NCBI RefSeq assembly: GCF_039654945.1
Contig: NW_027361709.1
Location: 1,240,001 to 1,304,000 of the forward strand
DNA: 64,000 nucleotides
Reading direction: 5' to 3'
Source: Dendrobates tinctorius
Taxonomy: Eukaryota
The number at the start of each line of letters is the position of its first letter. Position 1 is the stretch's first letter. Made by a program: the position numbers and the translations under genes. Shown here piece by piece: positions 11,407 to 23,893 of the stretch. The notes under the pieces are model-generated. The model was not told the DNA's origin. It saw only the letters and a list, made by a program, of their open reading frames with translations, and ran no database searches.

Positions 11407-14400
11407 TATATTATACTGTACAGACCTCCATCTCCCTATTTGTCACCAGGTCCTCTTGAACATCAGTTACAACGAAATGTTGGTGGGCATCGCGCTGACC
11501 GAGGAGAGTCTGCACCGCAGGAACATCACCCATTTTGGACCCACTACGCTCCGCTCCACTCTGGCTTACGGGATGCTCAGGTGACCAGCTGCTTTCACTA
11601 TCCATTTAACAGTAGGGCGGATTGCTCACTGGTTGTCCGCACCGTATATGGCCCCATTCCTCGTTTGTCAGACGGCGGCCAGCAGTGAGCCTTTTTGGCT
11701 AGTGCTGTGCAGTGTAGAGTTTTCTGATAGGTCACCACAGTGGACATCCGCCCAGACTGCGGCCGTCGTCTGACCTGTTTTTCAGGAGTGAATTCTCCTG
11801 TCGGTGTCCACGAACACTGTGTGCACAAGGTCTAATATTCTATTAAAGGGGGTGTAGGTGTATAGCATTAAAAAAAATAACTGCTGCGTTCCAAAATCAG
11901 CTCTCCTCCTGTGCGTGGGTCGTATGGGGTAAAGTTCAGCCCTTTTGGCTTCAGCGCAGAGGAGCTGTAATGTTCACACGACACACGGTCAGGGGAGCAT
12001 CTGTTTCCAGAAGAAAGCCTCCATGTTATTCTCTGTCTTCTTTTGTGGTTTCTTTGACAAGGATGAGTGTGACCTAGGAACAGCCAGATTATCAGGATTA
12101 GATCGGAGCTGTCATTTTCTTACACCGCTCTTATCCTTTCGCTTTGCTTTTCAGACTCTGTGACCTGGAGCCGTCAGATGTCGTCATTGATCCAATGTGC
12201 GGGACCGGAGCCATCCCTATAGAGGTAATCTGAAGACATTGAGGGGCGACCGCTGTTAGGGATGTCAGGCTCAGAGTTGTGCCTACATTCTAGTTATGTT
12301 TTTTAAATGTGATAGTCCCTGAAAACTCCGGCAGATCTGTGGGGGTTCGGATCCCGAGACCCCCATGGATTGCTAAGGCTGGGTTCACATTGCGTTAGGG
12401 GCAATCTGCTAGCGGAATCCGTTAGCGCACCTATTGCCCGCAATGTTAATGCATACTAACGCATGCCGATTTCCTGACGCACCCTCGAACGCTGCTTGCA
12501 GCGTTTTTGGGTGCGTTGGCATTAACGCACAGCGAACGGACCCGTTCGCTGTGCATAGGAATGTATGGGCTAACGCAGGGTAGCGCTAGATACCGAAGCG
12601 CTACCATGCATTAACGCATACCGTTAGCGCTATGGCACTAAATATATAAAAAAATGACATTAGCGGTAGCGCATCCGTTAAATGGATGCCCTAACGCAAT
12701 GTGCACCTAGCCTTAAAAAGTTGTTATAATCGTGCTGCACTGGAGACAGAAGCGTTCATCTCAGGCACATATCTGATGGCTCTTTTGAGCAATCCATGGA
12801 GGTCTCAGAGCCCAGACCCCACAGATAAGCCAGACATTTCAGTGCCTATCACTCATTTAAAAACTTATAATATACAGTGGGTACGGGGAAAGTATTCAGA
12901 CCTCTTTAAATTTTTCACTCTTTGCTTCATTGCAGCCATTTGGTAAATTCAAAAAAGTTCATTTTTTTCTCATTAATCTACACTCTGCACCCCATCTTGA
13001 CTGGAAAAAAAAAACAATGTAGAAATTTTTGCAAATTTATTAAAGAAGAAAAACTGAAATATCACCTGGTCATAAGTATTCAGACCCTTTGCTCAGACAC
13101 TCATATTTAAGTCACATTCTGTCCATTTCCTTGTGATCCTCCTTGAGATGGTTCTACTCCTTCATTGGAGTCCAGCTGTGTGTAATTAAGGTGATAGGAC
13201 TTGATTTGTAAAGGCACACGCCTGTCTATATAAGACCTCACAGCTCACAGTGCATGTCAGGCCAAATGAGAATCAAGGTGTCAAAGGAACTGGCCAAGGA
13301 GCTCGGAGACAGAATTGTGGCAAGGCACAGATCTGGCCAAAGTTACAAAAGAATCTCTGCAGTACTCAAGGTTCCTAAGAGCACAGTGGCCTCCATAATC
13401 CTTACATGGAAGAAGTTTGGGATCACCAGAAGTCTTCCTAGACCTGGCCGTCCAGCCAAACTGAGCAATCGTGGGAGAAGAGCCTTGGTGAGAGAGGTAA
13501 AGAAGAGCCCCAAGATCACTGTGGCTGAGCTCCACAGATGCCGTAGGGAGATGGGAGAAAGTTCCACAAAGTCAACTATCACTGCAGCCCTCCACCAGTC
13601 AGGCCTTTATGGCAGAGTGGCCCGACGGAAGCCTCTCCTCAGGGCAAGACATATGAAAGCCCGCATAGAGTTGCCATTGAAGAAAACATGAATGCGGCCA
13701 AGTACAGAGGTATCCTGGATGAAATCCTCTTCCAGAGCGCTCTGGACCTCAGACTTGGCTGAAGGTTCGCCTTCCAACAAGACAATGACCCTAAGCACAC
13801 AGCTAAAATAACCAAGGAGTGGCTTCAGAACAACCCTGTGACCATTCCTGACTGGCCCAGCCAGAGCCCTGACCTAAACCCAATTGAGCATCTCTGGAGA
13901 GACCTGAAAATGGCTGTCCACCAACATTCACCATCCACCCTGACGGAACTGGAGAGGATCTGCAAGGAAGAATGGCCGAGGATCCCCAAATCCAGGGGTG
14001 AAAAACTTGTGGCATCATTCCCAAGAAGACTCATGGCTGTTCTAGCTCAAAAGGTGCGTCTACTCAATACTGAGGGTCTGAATACTTATGACCATGTGAG
14101 ACTTAAGTTTTTCTTTTTTTAATACATTTGCAAAAATTTCTACATTTCTCTTTTTTTCAGTGAAGATGGGGTGCAGAGTGCACATTAATGAGAAAAAAAT
14201 GAACTTTTTTGAATTTACCAAATGGCTGCAATGAAACAGAGAGTGAAAAATGTAAAGGGGTCTGAATACTTTCCGTACCCACTGTCTTAAATGGCTTCTG
14301 TCAAGATTGCTGTAGACCGGTCCTCACCCTTTCCTGCTCACACAGTGGAAGGTGTGTTACAGTTTATCAGGGGTTTAAGACAGCAGCAAAAATCTCTCTC

Positions 14401-15677
14401 CAGACCCCACATATGGCCGAAATGATGAATAATTGCTGCACTGCCCTGTTCCACAATCGCGCAGTCGTTGACCTCGGTGTGTGAGCAGAGCTTCGTCCAC
14501 GCTGCTGCCGCACCCGAATAGCTCTACCTGCAATGATGCAAAAATTCAGCTTTGTGAGCAGGACGAAGTGAAGATAAAGTTTTGCTTCTGAATGTAAAAA
14601 AATGTTCTAAACACAGACCTAAAGCAGAGAGTGAAATGGTGACGACCTGGAGCACATGAGACAGCCGCTGTCGATGGCTCCAGAAGAAAGTGACGTATTC
14701 CCGTCTTCTACAGGGCGTCAGCGAGTGGCCCCGGTGTTTCTTCATCGCTGGTGATAACAGCACGAACGCAGTGAACCGAACCTCCAGCAACATCGGCTCC
14801 TTACTGCGTAGGCAGCAGAGCGCGGACAGGTTAGATACGGGGACAACCTCTATGGGAACTAGTGGTGATAGTTGTCACCCAGCTTTCCCAGCAGCAGAAA
14901 CAACTGAGATCCGTGATTGTTTCCTGTTTCCAGTTGCTTATTTTCTTGCTTTATGTCTGCACAGCACCCCCCAGGGGCTTCCTATAGACCCCATTCACTG
15001 GGACATTTCTCGCTTGCCTCTGAGGAGTGGGAGCGTGGATGTTATCATCACAGACATGCCGTTCGGGAAGAGGTGAGAGGCAGCTGCGACTCAGAGGAGC
15101 CCGGGTCTCCATTCAGCTGCTACTTGAATTGTTTTCTGTCATCCACACAGAATTGGATCAAAGAAGAAAAACTGGGACCTTTACCCGGCCTGCCTCCGAG
15201 AGATGAGCCGCGTGTGCCGGGCTGGAACAGGACGGGCCGTCCTCCTGACTCATGATAGGAAATGCTTCATCAAGGTGCAAAAGCCCCTCCTGTCCCCTCT
15301 GCCTTCATACCCGGCCTCCCCATCCCCTCTGTTTCTCTACATAGCTCTTCTTGTGTCTGTCCATGGCCTCCCCGTCCCCTCCGTCCCTGCCCACGGCCGC
15401 CTCAGTTGCCGCCCGCAACCTCCCCTGTCCCCTCATCATATAGTATAGTGCACATTTACGTTTATTAGGTAGACCTTTCCCCATTTGTCTCTTTCAGGCT
15501 CTGGCTAAAGCCGGGCACCTGTGGAGGAAGATGCACACGGTGTGGGTGAATATAGGCGGCCTGCACGCCGGCGTCTACCTCCTGAAGAGAACTCTCCTGG
15601 AATTCTCCGACAGCTCCAGCCAGAGACTGGAGGAGAACAAGCTCCTGAGCCCCAGCTCACCTGCCAAAGAAGAGTAA
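8216..15677 (+). CDS. THUMPD3: THUMP domain-containing protein 3 (tRNA m2G6 methyltransferase), spliced, ~585 aa
   Basis: Coding exons 8216-8449, 8526-8603, 10454-11170, 11450-11580, 12155-12224, 14714-14829, 14965-15072, 15151-15274, 15498-15677 (TAA), all GT-AG with matching phases. Motifs VGATVPTGFE, LRSVDN, KFRVTCNRAG..HSFTSNEAARDFGGAVQ, SLHRRNITHFGPTTLRSTLAY, DPMCGTG (SAM binding), TDMPFGKR, VNIGGLHAGVYLLKR. AATAAA at 16511. Confidence 0.95.
8638..9702. mobile_element. T2/Kolobok-type MITE with ~400-bp inverted repeats, THUMPD3 intron
   Basis: TTAA on both sides (8634-8637, 9703-9706); AGGGGTTGTCCGGGCTTTTCAC...GTGAAAAGCCCGGACAACCCCT; long near-perfect inverted arms. Confidence 0.85.
10610..10885 (+). 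repeat. In-frame 57-bp (19-aa, AEEQSAVASDTEGSAGGDA) coding tandem repeat in THUMPD3 exon, ~4 copies plus partial
   Basis: Units start at 10610, 10667, etc.; read directly in the translation. Confidence 0.9.
11188..11374. mobile_element. Tc1/mariner-type MITE (TA target)
   Basis: TA|CAGGGTGGGCCATTTATATGGATA...TATCCATATAAATGGCCCACCCTG|TA inverted termini. Confidence 0.8.
12377..12712. mobile_element. PIF/Harbinger-type MITE
   Basis: TAA|GGCTGGGTTCACATTGCGTTAGGG...CCCTAACGCAATGTGCACCTAGCC|TTA; TWA target sites. Confidence 0.75.
12875..14284 (+). mobile_element. Tc1-like DNA transposon, internally deleted, ~200-bp TIRs, THUMPD3 intron
   Basis: TA|CAGTGGGTACG...CGTACCCACTG; transposase remnants (GRPAKLS, RVARRKPLL; FQQDNDPKH, WPSQSPDLNPIEHLW) with central deletion and stops. 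Confidence 0.9.
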
Positions 15678-16048
15678 GAAGTGCCGCAACAGCAGTGCCC
15701 TCCATACCGACCCCAAAATCGCCTGCATCCACCATGCGGGTGAATCACACAAACAATAACTACAGGTCCTTAGTTGTTTTCTTTTTGAGCCATTTATGTT
15801 ATTTCCATCAGAAACTGGGCTGCAGTACAGAGATTTCAGCTCTTGCTGCACTCGTCTTTCCCCAATTTCCTCAATGATGGCTATAAACGAGGGGATGTAA
15901 CTGCAAAACCCACCACATCTGACATCCAAAAGACCCTTGTGAGGGTGACCAATTTCCCCCAAACCAGCATAACTTCGGAGATTGCAGAACTTTGGCTTAT
16001 TCAGGATTTTTGGGGCAGCTGCTCATTGTTTGTTTAGTTTTACCTTAA

Positions 16049-16351
16049 AGGGGCTGTCTCATAAACAACATATCACCTGTACCCCCAGTATAGGAGATAC
16101 ATGTATGACCTCTGGGGGTCCGAATGCTAGGACACATACCAGTCACAAGAACAGGGGTCCCAAAGTCCTCTGTGCCTGGAGCGGTGGTGAGAGTGTGCGA
16201 CCACTGCATTGTCTGTAGGAGTGGTGGTCACACACGCTCAGTACACACAGGGGACTTAAGTTCTCGGGGGTCTCGGCAGTCAGACCCCCAGCGGCCATAC
16301 AGTTTATCATCCTGTGGATCGGTGAGAAGTGTCATTTTTAGGACAAAGCCT
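16049..16351. mobile_element. Degenerate T2-type MITE in probable THUMPD3 3' UTR
   Basis: TTAA|AGGGGCTGTC...GACAAAGCCT|TTAA. Confidence 0.55.
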
Positions 16352-17387
16352 TTAAGGAAATTTATAAGTGCTAGGCAAGGTTTTAATGTTTCATTTTGCA
16401 AACTAATAACGGATCCCCAGTCCAGTGGTTACTGAGGTTTCCAAATTACAAGTGCGCCAATGGCCAGAATCCTTATGTTATCCTTTTTTTTTTTTTTTCT
16501 TTACAAGGTTAATAAATGGTTTTCCTAAGCGATCTGTAGGCTTTTACTTACAAGAAGACAACCCGAGAAGCTCTTACAAAAAGAAAAATACTAAATGCTT
16601 GTTAATGTCAGTCCTCATTGTTAGTCTGACATTCTGTTCATCTACCAGGAAGCTCAGGATGAGCAGAGCCCTGATGGACAAGAGATGCCGTGCACGTCCG
16701 CAGGATTTCGTGCCACAATTGATGTCACATCGGTGTTGGTCTAACCTGCGGTAGACTCCTACATCTTACAGACCCAGGAAACACGTAATTAAGCGATAAA
16801 GAATCGGGCACAAATTAATGCAAATCTGGTTCCACCACCGCAATTAATGTCCCATCCGATGGCTGTAACGAGATAATGAGGCTTTTCCTGCAGGAAATAA
16901 TAGAAATATAATCAGGGGCATAATTAGAGTTTACATGGAAATCTCTGTATGATGTAAGCAGCGACCAGCTCCGACCAAACCCTGTACCTACCGGGGCAGC
17001 GGTGTGTGACATGCTCTGCTGTTGAACCACAAGTACCAGTGTGTCCATCAAAGCTGCACACTGACATAATATGTTAAGGCTTAGAGTACACACCTGTCAA
17101 ATGGTTAAAGACTACAGGGTGTCGCTGCTACATCACTGACAATACAAGTGAATGAAGACCCTGAGGATGCAGTGACCGCAACAAGCAAGAACTCCGACTG
17201 TGGCAGATTGTTTTCAGACCCTCGTCACAATGCAACCAGGTTCACTTGTATTGTGCTGCAATGTAGCATCAACACCTAGTAGGTGCATTACTGGTGCTGT
17301 GGCCAAAATTGTCAACTACCACTAGTCTTCTCATTCTATAAACACGTGTCAGCATTAATCTACTCACTAATGCAACGACCTGTGTAG

Positions 17388-18016
17388 TCCAGAGCTGCAA
17401 TCACTATTCTGCTGGTGCAGTCACTGTGTTCATACATTACATTACTGATCCTGAGTTACATCCTGTCTTATACTCCAGAGCTGTAGTCACTATTCTGCTG
17501 GTGCAGTCACTGTACATACATTACATTACTGATCCTGAGTTACCTCCTGTATTAAACTCCAGAGCTGCACTCACTATTCTGGTGCAGTCACTGTACATAC
17601 ATTACATTACTGATCCTGAGTTACATCCTGTATTATACCACAGAGCTGCACTCACTATGCTGGTGCAGTCACTGTGTACATACATTACTAATCCTGAGTT
17701 ACATCCTGTATTATACCCCAGAGCTGCACTCACTTTTCTGCTGGTGAAGTCGCTGTGTACATACATTACTGATCCTGAGTTACATCCTGTATTATACTCC
17801 AGAGCTGCACTCACTATTCTGCTAGTGCAGTCACTGTGTACATTACATTACTGATCCTGAGTTACATCCTGTATTATACTCCAGAGCTGCACTCACTATT
17901 CTGCTGGTGCAGTCACTGTGTACATACATTACATTACTGATCCTGAGTTACATCCTGTATTATACTCCAGAGCTGCACTCACTATTCTGCTGGTGCAGTC
18001 ACTGTGTACATACATT
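17388..18016 (+). repeat. 86-bp satellite array (left part, interrupted by solo LTR)
   Basis: Unit ACATTACATTACTGATCCTGAGTTACATCCTGTATTATACTCCAGAGCTGCACTCACTATTCTGCTGGTGCAGTCACTGTGTACAT. Confidence 0.95.
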
Positions 18017-20292
18017 TGTGACGAGGTCAGCTTACGCTGAGTCGACTTTTTCTTTGGAGTGGACCCTCTGGGTCCTGGCACCCACCCACCTAGGGCGAGC
18101 TGACCTTGTGAGGAACCACCCCCTATACAGGGAGTGTCAGGGGCAAGACCAAGGGGGTGAGCCACCACGACTGCTGGCACCAGACGGCCGGCTCAAGTAG
18201 ACCCTAGGTACGAGTGCAGGAAACAGGACAAGACAAGACGCAAGTTCAAGGTATCGTCATTAAGGCAAATTCAGGATAGCATTCAATGCAAAAACGTGAT
18301 AAGCAAAACACAGCAAGGTGCGTGCGAGGGCTCGCCAAGGTCCATAGCATGGTACGTGCCAGGTGGCACGCCTGGGTACAGGCAAGGGCTCAATGGCATC
18401 TGACTCCGGACAGCTGGCAATGATCGACAGGATCAGGATTTGGACATCAGGCTTACAATCTCTCAGCGATCGGCAGGTTCTGGGCATCCGGCAAGCAAAC
18501 CAGGGTTCAAGCAAGGAGGCACGACAGATCTCCAGGCATGGTGCGTGTTAGGGAACACGCCGAGGTCCAAGGCAGGATTCCAGGCAGGGTGCGTGCAAGG
18601 GCACACCAGGGTCCAGGGCAAGGTGCGTGTGTAGGGGACATGCCAGGGTTCAAAGTTCAACATACAAGACAGGATGCGTGTGTAGAGACACGCCAAGGTA
18701 TAAGGCAGAGTCCTGCGCGTACAGAGGGACACGCCAGGGTTAGGTTCAAGGCAGAGTCCTGCGCGTGCAGAGGAGCACGCCAAGGTCAGAGTACAAGGCA
18801 GAGTCCTGCGCGTGCAGAGGAGCACGCCAAGGTCAGGGTACAAGGCAGAGTCCTGCGCGTGTAGAGGGCAAGCCAGGGTCAAGGCAGAGTCCTGCGCGTG
18901 CAGAGGGGTACGCCAGGGTCAGGGTACAAGGTAGAGTCCTGCGCGTGCAGAGGGCACGCCAGTGTCAAGGTTCAAGGCAGAGTCCTGTGCATGCAGAGGG
19001 CACGCCAGGGTCAGGGTTCAAGGCAGAGTCCTGTGCGTGCAGACGCCAGGGTCAGGGTACAGACTAGGACCTGTACGTGCTAGAGGGCACGACAAGGTAC
19101 ATGGCTAGACCTGCGCGTACTTTAACAGAAGCACGGGGAGGAATGCCACGGGGCAGGCGAGGGCCTGCGCGTGCTAAGAGAAGCACGGAGAGTGCAGTGC
19201 AGAGACAGCGTGAGTGCAAGGAAGCACAGAGAGCACGGCTGGGGCACTGGCTAGCTGGACGGGCTGCAGCACAAACAGGCGGGTAAGACTCCAGCGAACC
19301 CGGCTGGGGCATAGCAGGCGACACAGCTGTCACTGACCGACGAGCACGGCTGAGGCACAAGCAGGAGGCTAGGAAGGCCAGGCGCATGCAAAGGGTACAC
19401 GAAGAAACAAGGCAAAGCTAGGCGAGAAACAAGGCAAGACGGTACAGAACACGGAGCAGAACAGACAGAAACACAGAGCCAGGTTAGAGCGAGAACAGAG
19501 CTAGCAGCGGAACGTAGGCCGAAGCCCAGAGCCGGGTCAAGGCGGAGCCTTGAGACTAGACATGGAACATAGGACGAATAACAAGGCAAGGAAGAGCTTA
19601 GGCAAGACATAGCGAAACAGGCTAAGGCAGAAAACAGCTGAAGTACCACAAGGTAAAGCATAGCAAGTACAAACACAGCACGAGAGACAACAGAAGACAT
19701 GGCAAGAGACAGAGTACAAGCACAGAGCGTGTGCAGAGACGCATGACAGGGCACAGTGCAGGGGCACAGAATACAGGGAGCGACCAAGCAGCCATGCAGG
19801 GAAGCAACACAATACTCAGGCCCGGACCATAGGAAGGGGCGATCTGAAATAGCACCTGCAGCTCCGGGTCAGGATCGGGTAAGGACTTCCGGTTCAGATC
19901 CTCCAGGATCATAGAGAGGGTTGCTAGATCAGACTGGGCAGAACCATAGAGAAGGTCACATGATCAGGGCTCCAGGAATACATAGAGGATTGCAGAATCA
20001 GACAGTGCTGGAACATAGGAAAGGTCACATGATCAGGGGAATACAGAGGATTGCGGAATCAGAGCAGAGACGGATGGTTACCTAGCAACGGCGTGCAGCC
20101 ATGAGGTAAGGCGCTCGTGCACACAGCTCCAGGCATCTTGCAGCACGAGACATAACGGGCATGAGAATTCAGTACACATGCACACCGCTCCAGGAGTCAT
20201 GCAGCACACCAGACATGACGGGCATGATAGTTCGGTGCACGTGCACACTGCTCCAGGGATCATGCGGCAAAACAGACATGACGGGCATGACA
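18017..20292 (-). mobile_element. 2.3-kb solo LTR (Gypsy-like) with internal tandem repeats
   Basis: TG...CA termini; 5-bp TSD ACATT (18012-18016, 20293-20297); minus strand begins TGTCATG like the Gypsy LTR at 52254; no retroviral ORF inside. Confidence 0.8.
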
Positions 20293-23200
20293 ACATTACA
20301 TTACTGATCCTTAGTTACATCCTGTATTATACCCCAGAGCTGCACTCACTATTCTGCTGGTGCAGCCACTGTGTATGTACATTACATTACTAATCCTGAG
20401 TTACATCCTGTTTTATACTCCAGAGCTGCACTCACTATTCTGCTGGTGCAGTTACTGTGTACATACATTACATTGCTGATCCTGAGTTACATCCTGTATT
20501 ATACTCCAGAGCTGCACTCACTATTCTGCTGGTGCAGTCACTGTGTACATACATTACTGATCCTGAGTTACCTCCTGTATTATACTCCAGAGCTGCACTC
20601 ACTATTCTGCTGGTGCAGTCACTGTGTACATACATTACATTACTGATCCTGAGTTACATCCTGTATTATACCCCAGAGCTGCACTCACTATTCTGCTGGT
20701 AGAGTCACTGTGTACATACATTACATTACTGATCCTGAGTTACATCCTGTATTATACTCCAGAGCTGCACTCACTATTTTGCTGGTGCAGTCACTGTGTA
20801 CATACATTACTGATCCTGAATTACATTCTGTATTATACTCCAGAGCTGCACTCACTATTCTGCTGGTGCAGTCACTGTGTACATACATTACATTACTGAT
20901 CCTGAGTTACATCCTGTATTATACCCCAGAGCTGCACTCACTATTCTGCTGGTGCGGTCACTGTGTACATACATTACTGATCCTGAGTTACATCCTGTAT
21001 TATACCCCAGAGCTGCACTCACTATTCTGCTGGTGCGGTCACTGTGTCACTGTGTACATACATTACGTTACTGATCCTGAGTTACATCCTGTATTATACT
21101 CCAGAGCTGCTCTCACTATTCTGCTGGTGCAGTCACTGTACATACATTACTGATCCTGAGTTACCTCCTGTATTATACTCCAGAGCTGTACTCACTATTC
21201 TGCTGGTGCAGTCACTGTGTACATACATTACATTACTGATCCTGAGTTACATCCTGTATTATACCCCAGAGCTGCACTCACTATTCTGCTGGTAGAGTCA
21301 CTGTGTACATACATTACATTACTGATCCTGAGTTACATCCTGTATTATACTCCAGAGCTGCACTCACTATTTTGCTGGTGCAGTCACCGTGTACATACAT
21401 TACATTACTGATCCTGAGTTACATCCTGTATTATACTCCAGAGCTGCACTCACTATTCTGCTGGTGCAGTCACTGTGTATATACATTACATTACTGATCC
21501 TGAGTTACATCCTGTATTATACCCCAGAGCTGCAGTCATTATTCTGATGGTGCAGTCACTGTATACATACATTACATCACTGATCCCGAGTTACCTCCTG
21601 TATTAAACTCCAGAGCTGCACTCACTATTCTGCTGGTGCAGTCACTGTGTACATACATTACATTACTGATCCTGAGTTACATCCTGTATTATACCCCAGA
21701 GCTGCGCTCACTATTCTGCTGGTGCAGTCACTGTGTACATACATTACATTACTGATCCTGAGTTACATCCTGTATTATACTCCAGAGCTGCACTCACTAT
21801 TCTGCTGGTGCAGTCACTGTGTACATACATTACATTACTGATCCTGAGTTACATCCTGTATTATACCCCAGAGCTGCGCTCACTATTCTGCTGGTGCAGT
21901 CACTGTGTACATACATTACATTACTGATCCTGAGTTACATCCTGTATTATACCCCAGAGCTGCACTCACTATTCTGCTGGTGCAGTCACTGTGTACATAC
22001 ATTACATTACTGATCCTGAGTTACATCCTGTATTATACCCCAGAGCTGCACTCACTATTCTGCTGGTGCAGTCACTGTGTACATACATTACATTACTGAT
22101 CCTGAGTTACCTCCTGTATTATAATCCAGAGCTGCACTCACTATTCTGCTGGTGCAGTCACTGTGTACATACATTACATTACTGATCCTGAGTTACATCC
22201 TGTATTATACCCCAGAGCTGCACTCACTATTCTGATGATGCAGTCACTGTATACATACATTACATTACTGATCCTGAGTTACCTCATGTATTATACTCCA
22301 GAGCTGCACTCACTATTCTGCTGGTGCAGTCACTGTGTACATACATTACATTACTGATCCTGAGTTACATCCTGTATTATACCCCAGAGCTGCACTCACT
22401 ATTCTGCTGGTGCAGTCACTGTGTACATACATTACATTACTGATCCTGAGTTACCTCCTATATTATACTCCAGAGCTGCACTCACTATTCTGCTGGTGCA
22501 GTCACTGTGTACATACATTACATTACTGATCCTGAGTTACATCCTGTATTATACCCCAGAGTTGCAGTCATTATTCTGATGGTGCAGTCACTGTGTACAT
22601 ACATTACATCACTGATCCCGAGTTACCTCCTGTATTAAACTCCAGAGCTGCACTCACTATTCTGCTGGTGCAGTCACTGTGTACATACATTACATTACTG
22701 ATCCTGAGTTACATCCTGTATTATACCCCAGAGCTGCGCTCACTATTCTGCTGGTGCAGTCACTGTGTACATACATTACATTACTGATCCTGAGTTACAT
22801 CCTGTATTATACTCCAGAGCTGCACTCACTATTCTGCTGGTGCAGTCACTGTGTACATACATTACATTACTGATCCTGAGTTACATCCTGTATTATACCC
22901 CAGAGCTGCGCTCACTATTCTGCTGGTGCAGTCACTGTGTACATACATTACATTACTGATCCTGAGTTACATCCTGTATTATACTCCAGAGCTGCACTCA
23001 CTATTCTGCTGGTGCAGTCACTGTGTACATACATTACATTACTGATCCTGAGTTACATCCTGTATTATACCCCAGAGCTGCGCTCACTATTCTGCTGGTG
23101 CAGTCACTGTGTACATACATTACATTACTGATCCTGAGTTACATCCTGTATTATACTCCAGAGCTGCACTCACTATTCTGCTGGTGCAGTCACTGTGTAC

Positions 23201-23356
23201 ATACATTACATTACTGATCCTGAGTTACATCCTGTATTATACCCCAGAGCTGCACTCACTATTCTGCTGGTGGTGTCACTGTGTACACACATTATATCAC
23301 TGATCCTGAGTTACATCCTGTATTATACCCCAGAGCTGCACTCACTATTCTGCTGT
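20293..23356 (+). repeat. 86-bp satellite array (right part, ~35 units)
   Basis: Same unit; the repeated MYIHYITDPEL ORFs recur every 86 bp. Confidence 0.97.
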
Positions 23357-23764
23357 GCTGTCAGTGGGGTGATGGTCGTGTCAGTATCTCATTATTTCTA
23401 CATTTATGACTTTTAGATCCGGATTTGGAAATATTCTGGGAAGTGCAGAGATTCCGGCTTATTATACATTTTTCCGGGAAGTCGCCGGACCGGTTTCCTG
23501 TGAGGCCGGGATCTCCAGGATATGAGGAGACCAAAACCAGAAAAAACATCAGTGGGAATTATTTTGACATTTCTCTGCTGATTGATGTTGGAAGCCGTCA
23601 GTAAGCAGGGGGGCGATCACCAGAGCCAGCACAGGATGCTGGGAGATTTCAGGCTTGTAGCATTATGATTGCAGCTCTGCAGCATTGTACCAAGTGTGAC
23701 TCCGAACATTTCACTGATCATCGTCCAATCATTGGGGGTAATGGATGTCTGGAGACATCTGTGC

Positions 23765-23893
23765 TTAAAACTACAACTCCCACAATGCCTTTCAGCTCCT
23801 TAGCGACCTCAGAGGCTGCGCGCAGTGCGTGGCGTCAGATTTCGGTTGCTAGGTGACTGGTTGCGGCCTAGCGGACTGTTTGGAAGCCTCGGG
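23765..23893 (+). promoter_or_regulatory. VHL: VHL promoter / 5' UTR with ZNF143(SBS)-, NRF1- and X-box-like motifs
   Basis: ACTACAACTCCCACAATGC at 23770-23788; TGCGCGCA ~23817; GTTGCTAGGTGAC ~23845; CpG-rich directly upstream of ATG. Confidence 0.5.

Noticed and set aside
20293-23356. Hammerhead-bearing satellite like newt satellite 2
   Set aside because: Unit has no CUGANGA plus GAAA core on either strand.
17426-23416. Many MYIHYITDPEL... ORFs
   Set aside because: Translations of the 86-bp satellite.
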